Below are positions 25,801 to 38,680 of a DNA stretch of 64,000 bases, piece by piece. The stretch's first letter is position 1; the number at the start of each line of letters is the position of its first letter. The stretch is from Octopus vulgaris (lineage: Eukaryota): positions 50,592,001 to 50,656,000 of the forward strand of contig OX597818.1 in the NCBI GenBank assembly GCA_951406725.2, written 5' to 3'. The notes under the pieces were generated by a model. It was not told the DNA's origin, did no database searches, and saw only the letters and a list, made by a program, of their open reading frames with translations. A program made the position numbers and the translations under genes.

Positions 25801-27816
25801 CAACAATTGAGGGTAAAATTAATTAATTATTAATCAATTTCACCAAGTATTCAGTATGTAAAGGGACCATTTTAGGCGAATTCAAAATATTACATTATAT
25901 ATAAGGGCTTAGTAAAATAAATTACTTTGCCACATACTGAACTCATTAGAAATAGCAGCTAAAGAAATTTCTTCAGCTATTTCTAATACTTAAAGAAGAT
26001 CTCTCTCAGATAGTGTTTGCCTAAACCAACTCACAAAGGTATGGGGGAAAAAACACTAAAAAATCAAGTGCAAAGGTTATTTGAGAACGTACGTTTCTAG
26101 ATTAGTCAATTCGACATTTCTTTCGTCAGCTCAGAATTCCTTGAATCGTATTTGGGAACACTGAAAGTTGGGAGCATACCCTTTCGGCTTCTCATCACCT
26201 CTAGAATTCTGCTCGAACTAAAAGTGCTATCAAATCCGAATATGCAAGCGAAGAATTTCTGCTCTCCCCTTTCCACCAGCGTGGGTTAAAATTGACAAAC
26301 ACCATGTATTAACGGTGAAAACTGCAGCATTTAACAGAGAGAGATGAATTATAATTTCAACAATTGAGGGTAAAATTAATTAATTATTAATCAATTTCAC
26401 CAAGTATTCAGTATGTAAAGGGACCATTTTAGGCGAATTCAAAATATTACATTATATATAAGGGCTTAGTAAAATAAATTACTTTGCCACATACTGAACT
26501 CATTAGAAATAGCAGCTAAAGAAATTTCTTCAGCTATTTCTAATACTTAAAGAAGATCTCTCTCAGATAGCGTCTGCCTAAACCAACTCACAAAGGTATG
26601 GGGGAAAAAAACATTAAAAAATCAAGTGCAAAGGTTATTTGAGAACGTACGTTTCTAGATTAGTCAATTCGACATTTCTTTCGTCAGCTCAGAATTCCTT
26701 GAATCGTATTTGGGAACACTGAAAGTTGGGAGCATACCCTTTCGGCTTCTCATCACCTCTAGAATTCTGCTCGAACTAAAAGTGCTATCAAATCCGAATA
26801 TGCAAGCGAAGAATTTCTGCTCTCCCCTTTCCACCAGCGTGGGTTAAAATTGACAAACACCATGTGAAAACCGCAGCATTTAACAGAGAGAGATGAATTA
26901 TAATTTCAACAATTGAGGGTAAAATTAATTAATTATTAATCAATTTCACCAAGTATTCAGTATGTAAAGGGACCATTTTAGGCGAATTCAAAATATTACA
27001 TTATATATAAGGGCTTAGTAAAATAAATTACTTTGCCACATACTGAACTCATTAGAAATAGCAGCTAAAGAAATTTCTTCAGCTATTTCTAATACTTAAA
27101 GAAGATCTCTCTCAGATAGTGTTTGCCTAAACCAACTCACAAAGGTATGGGGGAAAAACATTAAAAAATCAAGTGCAAAGGTTATTTGAGAACGTACGTT
27201 TCTAGATTAGTCAATTCGACATTTCTTTCGTCAGCTCAGAATTCCTTGAATCGTATTTGGGAACACTGAAAGTTGGGAGCATACCCTTTCGGCTTCTCAT
27301 CACCTCTAGAATTCTGCGCGAACTAAAAGTGCTATCAAATCCGAATATGCAAGCGAATTGTTGAAATTATAATTCATCTCTCTCTGTTAAATGCTGCGGT
27401 TTTCACCGTTAATACATGGTGTTTGTCAATTTTAACCCACGCTGGTGGAAAGGGGAGAGCAGAAATTATTCGCTTGCATATTCGGATTTGATAGCACTTT
27501 TAGTTCGAGCAGAATTCTAGAGGTGATGAGAAGCCGAAAGGGTATGCACCCAACTTTCAGTGTTCCCAAATACGATTCAAGGAATTCTGAGCTGACGAAA
27601 GAAATGTCGAATTGACTAATCTAGAAACGTACGTTCTCAAATAACCTTTGCACTTGATTTTTTAATGTTTTTTCCCCATACCTTTGTGAGTTGGTTTAGG
27701 CAAACACTATCTGAGAGAGATCTTCTTTAAGTATTAGAAATAGCTGAAGAAATTTCTTTAGCTGCTATTTCTAATGAGTTCAGTATGTGGCAAAGTAATT
27801 TATTTTACTAAGCCCT

Positions 27817-27826
<10 letters not shown>
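25793..27826. mobile_element. Retrozyme/Penelope-type array: three tandem ~550-bp units plus one inverted unit, each with a hammerhead
   Basis: Units start at 25793, 26350 and 26899 (third truncated at 27357); inverted copy 27356-27826; flanked by (TA)n. Confidence 0.88.
27588..27639 (+). ncRNA. Minimal type I hammerhead motif (minus-strand copies at 26082-26133, 26640-26691, 27187-27238)
   Basis: TGAG-CTGACGA-aAGAaatGTCgaattGACtaaTCTa-GAAAC-GTAC-GTT-CTCA. Confidence 0.75.
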
Positions 27827-27858
<32 letters not shown>

Positions 27859-28386
27859 TCAGGATGAATACTTGATAAATGTAAGCACCTGTATATGCCA
27901 GCTAGTAGCAGAGGTGAGAGTATATATTTATCTCATTTGATACATATATATTTATATATATATATATACATGTGCGTGTGTGTGTGTGTGCGTGTGTGTG
28001 TGTGTGTGTGTGTTCTTGTGATTCTTTTTGCAAGCATTTGTGCGCTAAAGCGAATTATTTATGGCTTTGATAACGATGCAGTGACCGTGACCTTTATCGT
28101 CCTACGAGACCAGTGAGATCGCTATGGCTGATGTTCAGCTTGACCATCATTAAGGATGGAAGTAAGTATGACTGTGTAGTTAAATATGTCGTCGGTAACT
28201 AGATGGCTTTGGTTTCAATGATAATGTGCTGCACATCGGGAAATTGGTTGTGAGATCGATCGATAAGTCGATAGTTAACAGGATCAAAAAATGTGCCCCT
28301 TTTGTTAATAAAAAGGACATGCGCCATTTATTAGCATGTTACGGGACTGAGCATAGATCCAGAGAGAGGGAGAGATAGAGAGCTAG

Positions 28387-28435
<49 letters not shown>

Positions 28436-28778
28436 CAGTGGGAGAAGGAGAAGAGAGAAGAGGAAAGAGAGTGTGTGTGTGTATATAAGAGAGAAACTGT
28501 GAAATATGGAGGAGTTCAAATATGACAGAAGCTACCTCTCGCGAGATGTTTGATGGTAAACGAAGAAATGTTGACAAGACTTGTGGCTTTGTTTGTGTGA
28601 ATCGACCAGAGGTTTTTCATGATTGGCGTATATGCGTATTGGCACCGAGACTAATAAAGTGTCAAAACTAGGTGTGGGTTAGAGTTTAACTAAGTATGAC
28701 AAATGCGAAGTCAGTTCAACGAAGATCGAATAGTAAACGTAGAAATTTTCTCTGCAGATATCATTCCTACAGAGCTAA

Positions 28779-29170
28779 TTTTACTTGTTTCAGTCATTTG
28801 ACTGCGGCCATGCTGGAGCACCGCCTTTGGTCGAGCAAATTGACCCCAGGACTTATTCTTTGTAAGCCTAGTACTTATTCTACCGGTCTCTTTTGCTGAG
28901 CCGCTAAGTTACGGGAACACATCAGAATCGGTTGTCAAGCGATGTTGGGGGGCAACAAACACAGACACACAAACATATACACACGCATACATATATATAC
29001 ATATATACGAAGGGCTTCTTTCAGTTTCCATCTACCAAATCCACTCACAAGGCTTTGGTCGGCCCGAGGCTATAGTAAAAGACACTTGCCTAAGGTGCCA
29101 CGCAGTGGGACAGAACCCGGGACCATGTGGTTGGTAAGCAAGCTACTTACCCCACAGCCTTTCCTGTGCC
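28779..29170 (-). mobile_element. SINE family A
   Basis: Reverse-complement match. Confidence 0.9.
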
Positions 29171-30576
29171 TGATCGAAAAGTTTTTGGGGAAAGAATTCT
29201 ATAAAGTCTTCAAAAATCCATTTAGTAAAGTAAAAAAATAAATTCTGGCTGTCGTTATACTAAAATGGCAATGTCAACCAGTTTCGCGATGCATAAAATA
29301 ATCTTAATTCATTATATATCTCCTATTGTGATTCACCATCTCAGATTCTACATTAATCGTTTCCTCCAGCTACCTTCTCTCGCCTCGGATGGGAACCTCT
29401 TAAATTTATTTGTTCATATTTTCCAGCAATTATCAGTGTTTCCTGCTGACATCACAGAATGTCGACCACATCAACCCCCACCAACCAAACTGGAAGTACT
29501 TAAAGTTGTGGCGAACACTAACTCCTTTCCCTCTCATTAATTCACAGAAAAACAATACGAATAGGATTTTAAATTAATATGGGCGTCACGTTTTTCAGCC
29601 TTTACGATTCAATCATTGATTTCTGATAAATATCCTCTACTTTATTCATGTGGCAATGATTAAAACATGAAGCTTTTAGTTAGTTTTAGTTAATTGTTCT
29701 GAGCTTGTTTACAGAAGATACGTGTAAAGCCGAAAATTGAAGTAAGCGCCCTCTATAAATAACGTCCTTATAACAGCTACAATGATAGGTGTTCATAAGC
29801 CATTGATAAAATATTGATTTGTACAACCGACGTTTTGTAATATTTGTATGTTCAGAAGTTGAACATTTGTGACTTATCAGTCTCTGGCAATATATCTTGT
29901 TATTTATCTATTCCTCGTAAGTAAATATCTAGCAAAGAAAAAATGTAAAAAACGGTATATAGTTGCGATAGTTTTTTAATGCTTTCATAAATAGAAAATT
30001 GAGAATTCTAGAATTGTCGTCTTTTATTACACAACAGGTTTTATTGACAGGAAATATTTGTGGCTGAACTGTTTCGTCGCGGTATCCTTTGATAAAAGAA
30101 TACGTCCCGTTACACTTGTTGAATGAATTCACTGGAATATTGAATGAAATTTAGAGAGAGAAAAAAATGCGGTATTAACTCTATTTGTAGAGAGATAACG
30201 AGCGGAGAGGCAGAGATAGAGACTAACGGAGACAGAATAAAATAAGCTGAAATGTGCAAGCGAACGAACATTAACATGACAATAGATAACCATTGACATT
30301 CGCTTCAGCAGTTAAGCTACGACATATTTGTCATGTAATGACGTCATTGCGGAGACATTTGTTTGTTTTCATTCTATGGGCTTCTCCCAGAAATAGTCTC
30401 TGTTCAGAACAAGTCATGTACAAACAGACAGCAATATGATTCGAAGATGCGCTAAACGAATGGAAGCAATTTTAAGAAAGCGAAGCAGAACTATTTAAAT
30501 ACTAAAAGCTATGATTGGAAAGACTTCCATCTGCCTGGCAATCCTGTCAACTTGTCATTATCTCTTTTATTTTATA

Positions 30577-30973
30577 CTAGCAGTATCGCCCGGCGTTGCT
30601 CGGGTTTGTAAGGGAATTAACTAAATAAGCATTTTTAGAGAGTTATAGCAAAAAAATAGCAAAAAAATGCATTAAAAATGGAAAAAAAATTATGGTAAAT
30701 TTTTTAAAAATCGTTGACTCATCGTAGACATTTTTAGAGAGTTACTTCCCTTATATAATAGCGAAAAGATGCATTAAAATGGAAAAAAATGATGGTAAAT
30801 TTATTTTTAAATCGTAGACTCATCGTAGACGCGCGCTAATATCCAGAAGGGCTCGATATGAATCACGACTATAAGATACCCGGTTTTGGTTAAACTGCAC
30901 CGCAAAATGTGGGAGTAGTTAGGAATCTAAATCGTAGGAGACAGACACACAACCTTACTTTTATATATAAAGA
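30577..30973 (-). mobile_element. Non-autonomous Helitron, second copy
   Basis: Same termini as 17178-17653 (A|TC...hairpin-CTAG|T); internal tandem duplication. Confidence 0.85.
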
Positions 30974-31122
30974 TTTTCCGTTTATCTTTTACTTGTTCCA
31001 GTCATTGGATTGCGGTTCCGCCTTGCTGAGACAGGGCTCTGAAGGGTTTTAGTTAAACAAATCGCCCCACCCCCAAGTACTTATGTCTTTTTAAAACTCT
31101 TGTACTTTCTATCGGACTCTTT

Positions 31123-31433
31123 TGTGGAGGCACATGGCCTAGTGGTTAGAGCAGCGGACTCGCGGTCGAGGGATCGCGAGTTCGAATCTCAGACCGGGCG
31201 ATGTGTGTGTTTATGAGCGAAACACCTAAGCTCCACGCGGCTCCGGCAGAAGGTAATGGCGAAACTTCTGTTGACTCTTTCGTCACAACTTTCTCTCACT
31301 CTTTCCTCCTGCATCTTGCAGCTCACCTGCGACGGATAGGCGTCCCGTCCAGGTGGGGAACCTATACGCCAAGGAAACCGGGAAACCGGCCCATATGAGC
31401 CAGGCATAGCTCGAGAAGGAACAAACAACAACA
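31123..31433 (+). mobile_element. SINE family C, full length
   Basis: 12-bp TSD ATCGGACTCTTT at 31111-31122 / 31434-31445. Confidence 0.92.
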
Positions 31434-31619
31434 ATCGGACTCTTTCGCCGAACTAATAAGTTACAGGGAAGTAAACAAACCAACACCGATTGTCAAGTGG
31501 TTGAGGGCGACAAACACAGGCACAGAGACACGCACATATATAGGACGAGATTCCACACAGTTTCCGTGCACCGAATTTACTCTCAGGCATTGTTCGAATA
31601 AGGGCTATAACGCAGTGGG

Positions 31620-31917
31620 TACGATGAACGCCGTCCTTTTCAAGCCTATCCAGGTTCATGGGCTCGGTTTCCCGGTTTCTGTGGCGCATGTGTTCCCCGC
31701 AGCTGGACGGGACGCCAGTCCATCGCATCATTACTCAAGAAACAGGAGAGAAAGGTGTGGCGAAAGAATACAACAGGGGTCGTCCCCCCCCCCCTGCCAG
31801 AGCTTTTAGGTGTTTCCGCTGAATAAACACAAACACAACGCCCGGTCTGGGAATCGAAACCGCGATCCTCTGACTGCGAATCATGCTGCCCTAACCACTG
31901 GATCATTGCGCCTCCAC
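31620..31917 (-). mobile_element. SINE family C-related copy
   Basis: 13-bp TSD ATA(A/G)CGCAGTGGG at 31607-31619 / 31918-31930. Confidence 0.85.
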
Positions 31918-32247
31918 ATAGCGCAGTGGGACTGAACCAGAAATCATGCGACTACAAAGCGAACTTCCTAACCACACAGCCATGGCTGCGCCTATTTACT
32001 ACTAAACCGATATCAACGGCAAAAGTCACTACACTGAACTGATTGATTATTTATCACTAAGAACTGAAGCATCTACAATTTTCAAAACAAGCATTAAAGT
32101 ATCGAATATTCCTGAACAACAAGCTCTTTGTTTTAAAACATTACGGTTTGTGATTAGGAAGGAATTTGACTGCTATTTCTAGCAAGTTGAATGACCACAT
32201 AGCAGTTTTCTACGTGCTCTTCTGTTGCTTATTATTTACAAGTAGAA

Positions 32248-32955
32248 AGGCGGCGAGCTGGCAGAATCGCTAGCACGCCGGGCGAAATGCTTAGCTGTAT
32301 TTCGTCTGCCGCTACGTTCGGAGTTCAAATTCCACCGAGGTCGACTTTGCCTTTCATCCTTTCGTGGACGATAAATTAAGTACCAGTTACGCACTGGAGT
32401 TGATATAATCGACTTAATCCGTTTGTCTGTCCTTGTTTGTCTCCTTTGTGATTAGCCCCTTGTGGGTAGTAAAGAAATAGGTATTTCGTCTGCCGTTGCG
32501 TTCTGAGTTCAAATTCCGCCGAGGTCGACTTTGCCTTTCATCGTTTCGGGGTCGATAAATTAAGTACCAGTTACACACTGGGGTTGATGTAATCGACTTA
32601 ATACGTTTGTCTGTCCTTGTGTAGTAGAGTGGATTTGTGAGTGTTTGTGAGTGGATTTAGTAGACGGAAACTGAAAGAAGCCCGTCGTATATATGTATAT
32701 ATGTATATATATGTATGTGTGTGTATATGGTTGTGTGTCCGTGTTTGTCCCCCCGACATCGCTTGACAACCGATGGTGGTGTGTTTACGTCCCCGTAACT
32801 TAACGGTTCGGCAAAAGAGTCCGATAGAATAAGGACTAGGCTTACAAAGAATAAGCCCTGGGGTCGATTTGCTCGATTAAAGGTGGTGCTGCAGCATGGC
32901 CGCAGTCAAATGACTGAAACAAGTAAAAAAGTAAAAGAGTGAAGAGTAAAAGAGA
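32248..32955 (+). mobile_element. SINE B with internal tandem duplication, joined to the 3' half of SINE A
   Basis: B body 32248-32480, repeat from GTATTTCGTCTGCC to 32620, A sequence from ~32635. Confidence 0.85.
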
Positions 32956-32964
32956 GTGAGGAGA

Positions 32965-33033
32965 GTTCAGTGACATACTCTCCAGCCTTCATCAGGTGCC
33001 TTGGGGAAATTTAAAACCTGGGCTCTCATTCCT
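32965..33033 (-). mobile_element. Fragment of the hammerhead-tailed SINE family (see 36893)
   Basis: Reverse complement AGGAATGAGAGCCCAGGTTTTAAATTTCCCCAAGGCAC-CTGATGA-AGGCTGGAGAGTAT. Confidence 0.75.
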
Positions 33034-33840
33034 ATCATAATAGTTGCTGTATAAGGCAACTCTTCCCTGGACGGAAGCCATGCTGCGTGTTAGGTGACAA
33101 AGATAAGCCTGCAATTCTTAACTTCTGGTCTTCTTTCTCTTCTATGGATAGGGTATATAATACCATGGCAAGTTTGCCATATGCAAAGAGATTCTAGAAA
33201 AGTATCTGCAGTAATTCTGTGAGAGCGTTCTTGCATGTCATTGAAAAGATAACTGGAAAACCATCACAGACCGTTGTTAAGTTCGAATTAATCTCATCAA
33301 TGGATATTACAACCCCTCCTTCTATGTCGATGTAATGAATGAGTGCTTTTTTCCTATGTGTATTGCGTTATATACAATAACGAACAGTGAGAAAACTCAG
33401 ATGAAGAATGAAATATTTACTTTATAATGTGTATAACAGAGCTGTAGATATACCGGTTACCGTTGATTTTATGTCAGAAGCAAGGCCGATTGAGGGTCTA
33501 TATGCTTCACAGCACAATTTTAATACAATCATCAGATCTTACAGGTAGACGAATGAAAATTTCAAGATGGCTATCCTGTGTAAGTTGGAAATAGATGGGA
33601 AAATCCAAGACAAATATATCACTTAACCCATCTCTCTTCAACGGAAAAGATATGTATGGTTCAGTGCTGAAAATCAGTTCGTTCGACTATCTTCTATTAT
33701 TCGCTGCAAAGTTGTGTAAAGCTTTGAACTTAAAGACAAAAGAATAAAATTGTGAATGGGTGAGAATATTGTTAATCTTTGCAAAACAATATCCATGTAT
33801 TTAATCATTCAGTCTGTGCGCTTAATAATAATAATAATAA

Positions 33841-34395
33841 ATGCCCTGTGGCAGTACTAGTCAGTGGCTCTCGTGGCTTCCGATCTTAATTGACTGGAAG
33901 TGTTATCATGTACATTCTTTTGGTTTGGCATAAAAGATGGGCTACTGCAAATATTCTGATAAATACCACAGATTTGCTTGTCAGTTGTTTGACCTTCACT
34001 AGTTTAGCATGTCCCTTAGTGGCTGACGATATGTGCAATCTTTGATCACGAGCAGAAGTAGTCGGAGAGCATCATAGCCATATGTTGAAAGGAATTCTTT
34101 GGAGTCTGGATAATTCACCTCTGGAAACATGGGTGCTTCGTTCAACATCCTTAAACAACCCTTATTCAGGGATCTTTTGAGCAGGATGGGTTACTCAACC
34201 TGAAGAAAATTCTAACTGGGCCCCACCCGCAAGGTCATGTGCTGTTTATCTTGATATGAGATCATCATGTCGCGCACATATGGTTGATGCATGTGCCTGT
34301 TGTACCCTTATCAGACGGGTTGTCATGATGGGTATACTGGCTTCGTATATTTTACTCCAGTGTCACTTTGATGGCATGCACAGCTCTCTCACTCA
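33841..34395 (+). mobile_element. Probable 5'-truncated non-LTR retroelement 3' end inserted in (AAT)n
   Basis: GC-richer block bounded on both sides by (AAT)n, ending CTCTCTCACTC-AATAAT. Confidence 0.5.
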
Positions 34396-34409
34396 ATAAT
34401 AATAATAAT

Positions 34410-34612
34410 GGCTTCAAAATTTTCCACAAGAGCAGCAATTTGGTGGAGGGAATGAGTCCATTACCCCGACCCCAGTTATCAACTGGTATTTAGTTTATCT
34501 ACTCCGAAAGGATGCAAGATACAGTTGACCTCGGCGGAATTCGAACTCAAAACGTAGCGACGGACGGAATATCACTAAGTATTTCGTCCAGCGCCCTAAC
34601 GATTCTGCCAAC
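34410..34612 (-). mobile_element. SINE family B variant
   Basis: Reverse match to the 9441 type. Confidence 0.8.
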
Positions 34613-34653
34613 TTGCATATTTGTGTGTGTGTGTGTGTATACCTGTATGTGTG

Positions 34654-34703
<50 letters not shown>

Positions 34704-34888
34704 CTCAGACATATTTTTAATTTTTTATTTTGAGTCCAACTTTTAAAATAACAGGATATGTTATTTTAAAATTATTAAACGTAAAGTAAAATTTATGTTC
34801 ATAATAGGACAATAAGTTTCGTTGGCAGCCTAACAATCAGTTAAACTATATGAAGAAACCGTTAAAGCAACCTTAACGAATATTGCAA

Positions 34889-34936
<48 letters not shown>

Positions 34937-35156
34937 TATGTATAAATTATGAATAGTGCAAATTTATATATAAATTGTTATAATTCAAAAAAGTAATAAC
35001 ATGCACAAACGATAGTTGAAATGAAGTCAATATTTTTAATGAGGCTTATTGACTTCAGCTAAATTGGAAATAGAAATTATTGCGTTCGTTGCTACTCCAA
35101 AATGATTATGTTTGCCTAAGTGATATACTTGTGCTAAAAACACATTAACAGAAACC

Positions 35157-35217
<61 letters not shown>

Positions 35218-35268
35218 ATGTATGTATGTGCGTGTGTGTGTGTGTGCACGTATCTGTAAATATATATG

Positions 35269-35337
<69 letters not shown>

Positions 35338-36892
35338 ATGCACATGCACAAATATATGTGTGTATATGAAAAGACAAAACTGATATATAGACATTTAATT
35401 TCCCTTGAGTATAATACAACTTATTGATGTGTTGTCTTGTAAACATTGGATCGATAACCTAACGAGTATTTTATTTTATCGATTTTTCATCAAGTGTTCC
35501 GTTTAGTCTTCCGATTTGTATTTTAATTATGAAATTAATTTGATGTAAACGAAAAAGTTTAAAGTTTATAAAAGTTATTTTGATAGTAGTATTACAATTG
35601 TTTGACTTAACTGAATTCCGCTTCGTTCTTCTCGTAACTTCTTTTTTTCTTTTGATGGTGAAGTTTGAGGAAGAAGTGCAACACCTTTGACCCGTTCCAG
35701 GGTATTCGTTGAGGCAGATGGAACGAAGCGTGGAAAGCAACCTTCCTCAGATCGGAGACTCATTCAGAATGTTTATGACGGAGTCATAATTAGTCGTTTC
35801 TAATTCTGATAGGCTCCCACGGAGTGATGCTAAGATTAAACCCTGTGACAGATTAAGATAAACAAGTAAAGAAGAAGAGCAATACCTCCGATTGTCTTCC
35901 ATATATTTTCGAGCTCCGACTCGAGACTAAGGCAAAAGACATTTACACAAAGTGCGGCGCAATACGTGTTGTGATTTTAGTTTTGATCACGTGATTTTGA
36001 TTGTCTCGATTGCTGTTATATGCCTGCAGTGCGACTGCGCAGAGTTCTGTTCTGTTTGCGGCTCGACGTGTTCAGTGTTGGATTTAGTTAGTCGAGAATG
36101 TAGCAATTCGCTGCATAAAAAATGTTATTGCGTTGAAGTTTGGTTTTGCTTACAATTTAGCAATCTTTGCATTGTATAGTATATTGCTGTATTTTTAGTC
36201 GATTAAAACCTTTTAAAACTTTGATATTCGAGTTTGGGTTTATAACAATAAGATAAGGTGGTGAATCGGAAGATAAAATGACAAGAGGCTTTTGTTCGAA
36301 ATCTCTGCGCTTTGAGTTCAAACCGCATCGAGCTCATCTTTGCTTTTCAGCTATTTGGAGACAACAAAAAATGTACCAACTACCTTCCACAGCACTGGAT
36401 TGGCGGAACAAGAATGTCAAACCGGTTAGTTTGTGGTATGCTTTACAACCGCTCTTGCGTCTTGAGTTCAAATCTTAAGGTCTACTTGGGATATATTTAA
36501 TCTGTTATTCAGTTTAGCAAGATCATCTGACATCTCGGATGCCTCTAGCAGAGTTCAGAGTTTACTCCAATGCATCCATTCAGGTCAGGTCTAAAATGTG
36601 ATGATGACTGTCTCCTTCCACTCTTCTATCAGTTTTTGGAGCCCTTGTAAAGGGTCTCGGACATTGCCTACCTTCCTTGATGAAAGATAAAATCAGCAAA
36701 ATTCCCCGATACCAAGTAGCTGCGAAGCAAAATTCCTAACAACACAATCATTCTTGATAGTCAAAATATTCAGTCCATCTGGATGGGAAAAGTAGGTAAT
36801 AGGAAGTATATTACATAAGAATATATTGCATATGGTGCTAAAAGCTCTGCATAGGCAGCCTGGGCAACTTTAATATTTTTCAATTCAAACAC

Positions 36893-36977
36893 GGGCATAT
36901 AGCGAAGTTGTTAAGAGCGCTGGCTACTAACCCCTAAGATTCCGAGTTCAATTGAAAGCAGTGACCTGAACACTAAG

Positions 36978-37069
<92 letters not shown>

Positions 37070-37241
37070 TAACAACAACATCGAAACATACCTTAGGAAT
37101 GAGAACCCAGGTTTGAAATTTCTCCAAGACACCCGAAAAAGGCTGGAGAGTATATCAGCCGAAACATGTTAAGAACAAATAAGATGAGGACAAATATCTG
37201 TCGAATGTAAATAATGTAAATAATTTAAATAATGTAAATAA
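36893..37241 (+). mobile_element. tRNA-headed SINE with (AAC)n(AAT)n spacer and hammerhead-like tail
   Basis: A-box-like TAGCGAAGTTG, B-box-like GAGTTCAATT; CCGAAAA-A-GGCTG(gagagtatat)CAGCC-GAAAC-AT-GTT at 37133-37170; TGTAAATAA tandem tail. Confidence 0.65.
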
Positions 37242-37509
37242 CCTTCTTTTAAATCCTTTTGATCGATCTGTTCCTTCGATCGATCTATTCAAAAGGGGAA
37301 GAAGAAATTAGTAATCAGTATGGTTTGTGATAACATAGACCCCGAGGGAAACTAAGCCATAGAAACTATTATTTCGTTTGTGTATTTAGTTTGTAAGATT
37401 CTTGTAAACAAGGATATTGAAATGGATTTCCTTGTCTCTCAGGAGAGTTATTAGGCTACTAATAATCACAGGTACTGGTTCTATTTCAATTCGCTGTTAT
37501 TAGACAATT

Positions 37510-37747
37510 CATTAACTGTTTAATCAATTAACTAAATGAATTTTTGAGTAATCGTTCGGTCAGTCAATCAGTCATCTGCGTCCGTCAAAGTCCTTTTGTC
37601 GCCATTTGCTACTTCAACATTGATCTGCCCTCTTTACTCCAGGTCTGTTTCAAGTAGGGTTGCGAGTGGCACCGAAAGAACTTTGAGAAACTTAGCTGAT
37701 TGATTAACTGAAAGATCAATCGATTCGTTAATTAGTTAAATGTTAAA
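37510..37747. repeat. Degenerate inverted repeat, MITE-like
   Basis: TCAATCAG / CTGATTGA, TCAAAGT / ACTTTGA and GCCATTTGC / GCGAGTGGC nested symmetrically. Confidence 0.5.
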
Positions 37748-37762
37748 CGAAATTACTAATAA

Positions 37763-37908
37763 TGGCTTTAAATATCGCCACAAAGGCAGCAGTTTTGGGG
37801 TTAAAGGGTTAAAACGATTACATCCACCCCAATGTTCGACTGGTACTTATTTTATCCACCCCGAAAGGAGGAAAGGCAAAGTCGACCTCGGCGGAATTGG
37901 AACTCATA
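37763..37908 (-). mobile_element. SINE family B variant, 5'-truncated
   Basis: CTGGTACTTATTTTATCCACCCCGAAAGGAGGAAAGGCAAAGTCGACCTCGGCGGAA. Confidence 0.8.
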
Positions 37909-38255
37909 ATAAAAGTAAATTAGAATCAGTACGTGTGTTTATTATTGGCATAATAACCCTCCCAATATCTATCAATATCTATTAATTCGAGATTTTCGTA
38001 TTTACTATATGATATTCAAATTACCTTGTCATAGAAGAAGAAAACCTAAAGACAGTTTGAGAATCTACCAATAAAACATTGTAAAGACTATAGAAATATA
38101 TGATAAACAACAGGAATTCTTTAATAAAAGTGATTTATGATATTCAAGAAATAGATATTTATATTTAATTACAATCATATTGGTACATTAATATCTAACC
38201 AAGATTTCTAGTTTTGTAATTATTCTTTCACGAGATAAAGACGAACAGACAATAC

Positions 38256-38452
38256 TCTTTTACGTGTTTTAGTCATTTGACTGTGGCCATGCTGGTGCAC
38301 CGCCTTTAGTCGAGCAAATTGACCCCAGGACTTATTCTTTGTAAGCCTAGTACTTATTCTATCGGTCTCTTTTGCCGAACCGCTAAGTTACGGGAACGTA
38401 AACACACCAGCATCGGCTGTCAAGCGATGTTGGGGGGACAAACACAGACACA

Positions 38453-38506
<54 letters not shown>

Positions 38507-38680
38507 CACACAATATATACGACGGGCTTCTTTCAGTTTCCGTCTACCAAATCTACTCACAAGGCTTTGGTCGGCCCGAGGCTATAGTAGAAGACACTTG
38601 CCCAAGGTGCCACGCACTGGGACTGAACCCGGAACTATGCGATTCTTAAGCTACTTACCACACAGCCACTCCTACGCCTA
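38256..38680 (-). mobile_element. SINE family A
   Basis: Reverse-complement match. Confidence 0.9.

Larger units (their letters stand above)
30986..31993 (-). mobile_element. Old SINE family A-like copy hosting two nested SINEs
   Basis: Tail 30986-31122, middle 31434-31619, head 31918-31993. Confidence 0.75.

Noticed and set aside
27524-27545. Second hammerhead GTGATGAGAAGCCGAAAGGGTA in the array unit
   Set aside because: C3 missing and stems II/III do not pair; more likely a CC-GAAA-GG tetraloop.
29428-29496. Possible exon after TTTTCCAG
   Set aside because: Weak donor and no recognisable peptide.
30338-30349. CRE palindrome AATGACGTCATT
   Set aside because: Single short motif, expected by chance without other support.
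31123-31195. tRNA gene
   Set aside because: A/B boxes are present, but the sequence continues into a SINE body with TSD and has no proper acceptor stem; the same applies to the other heads.
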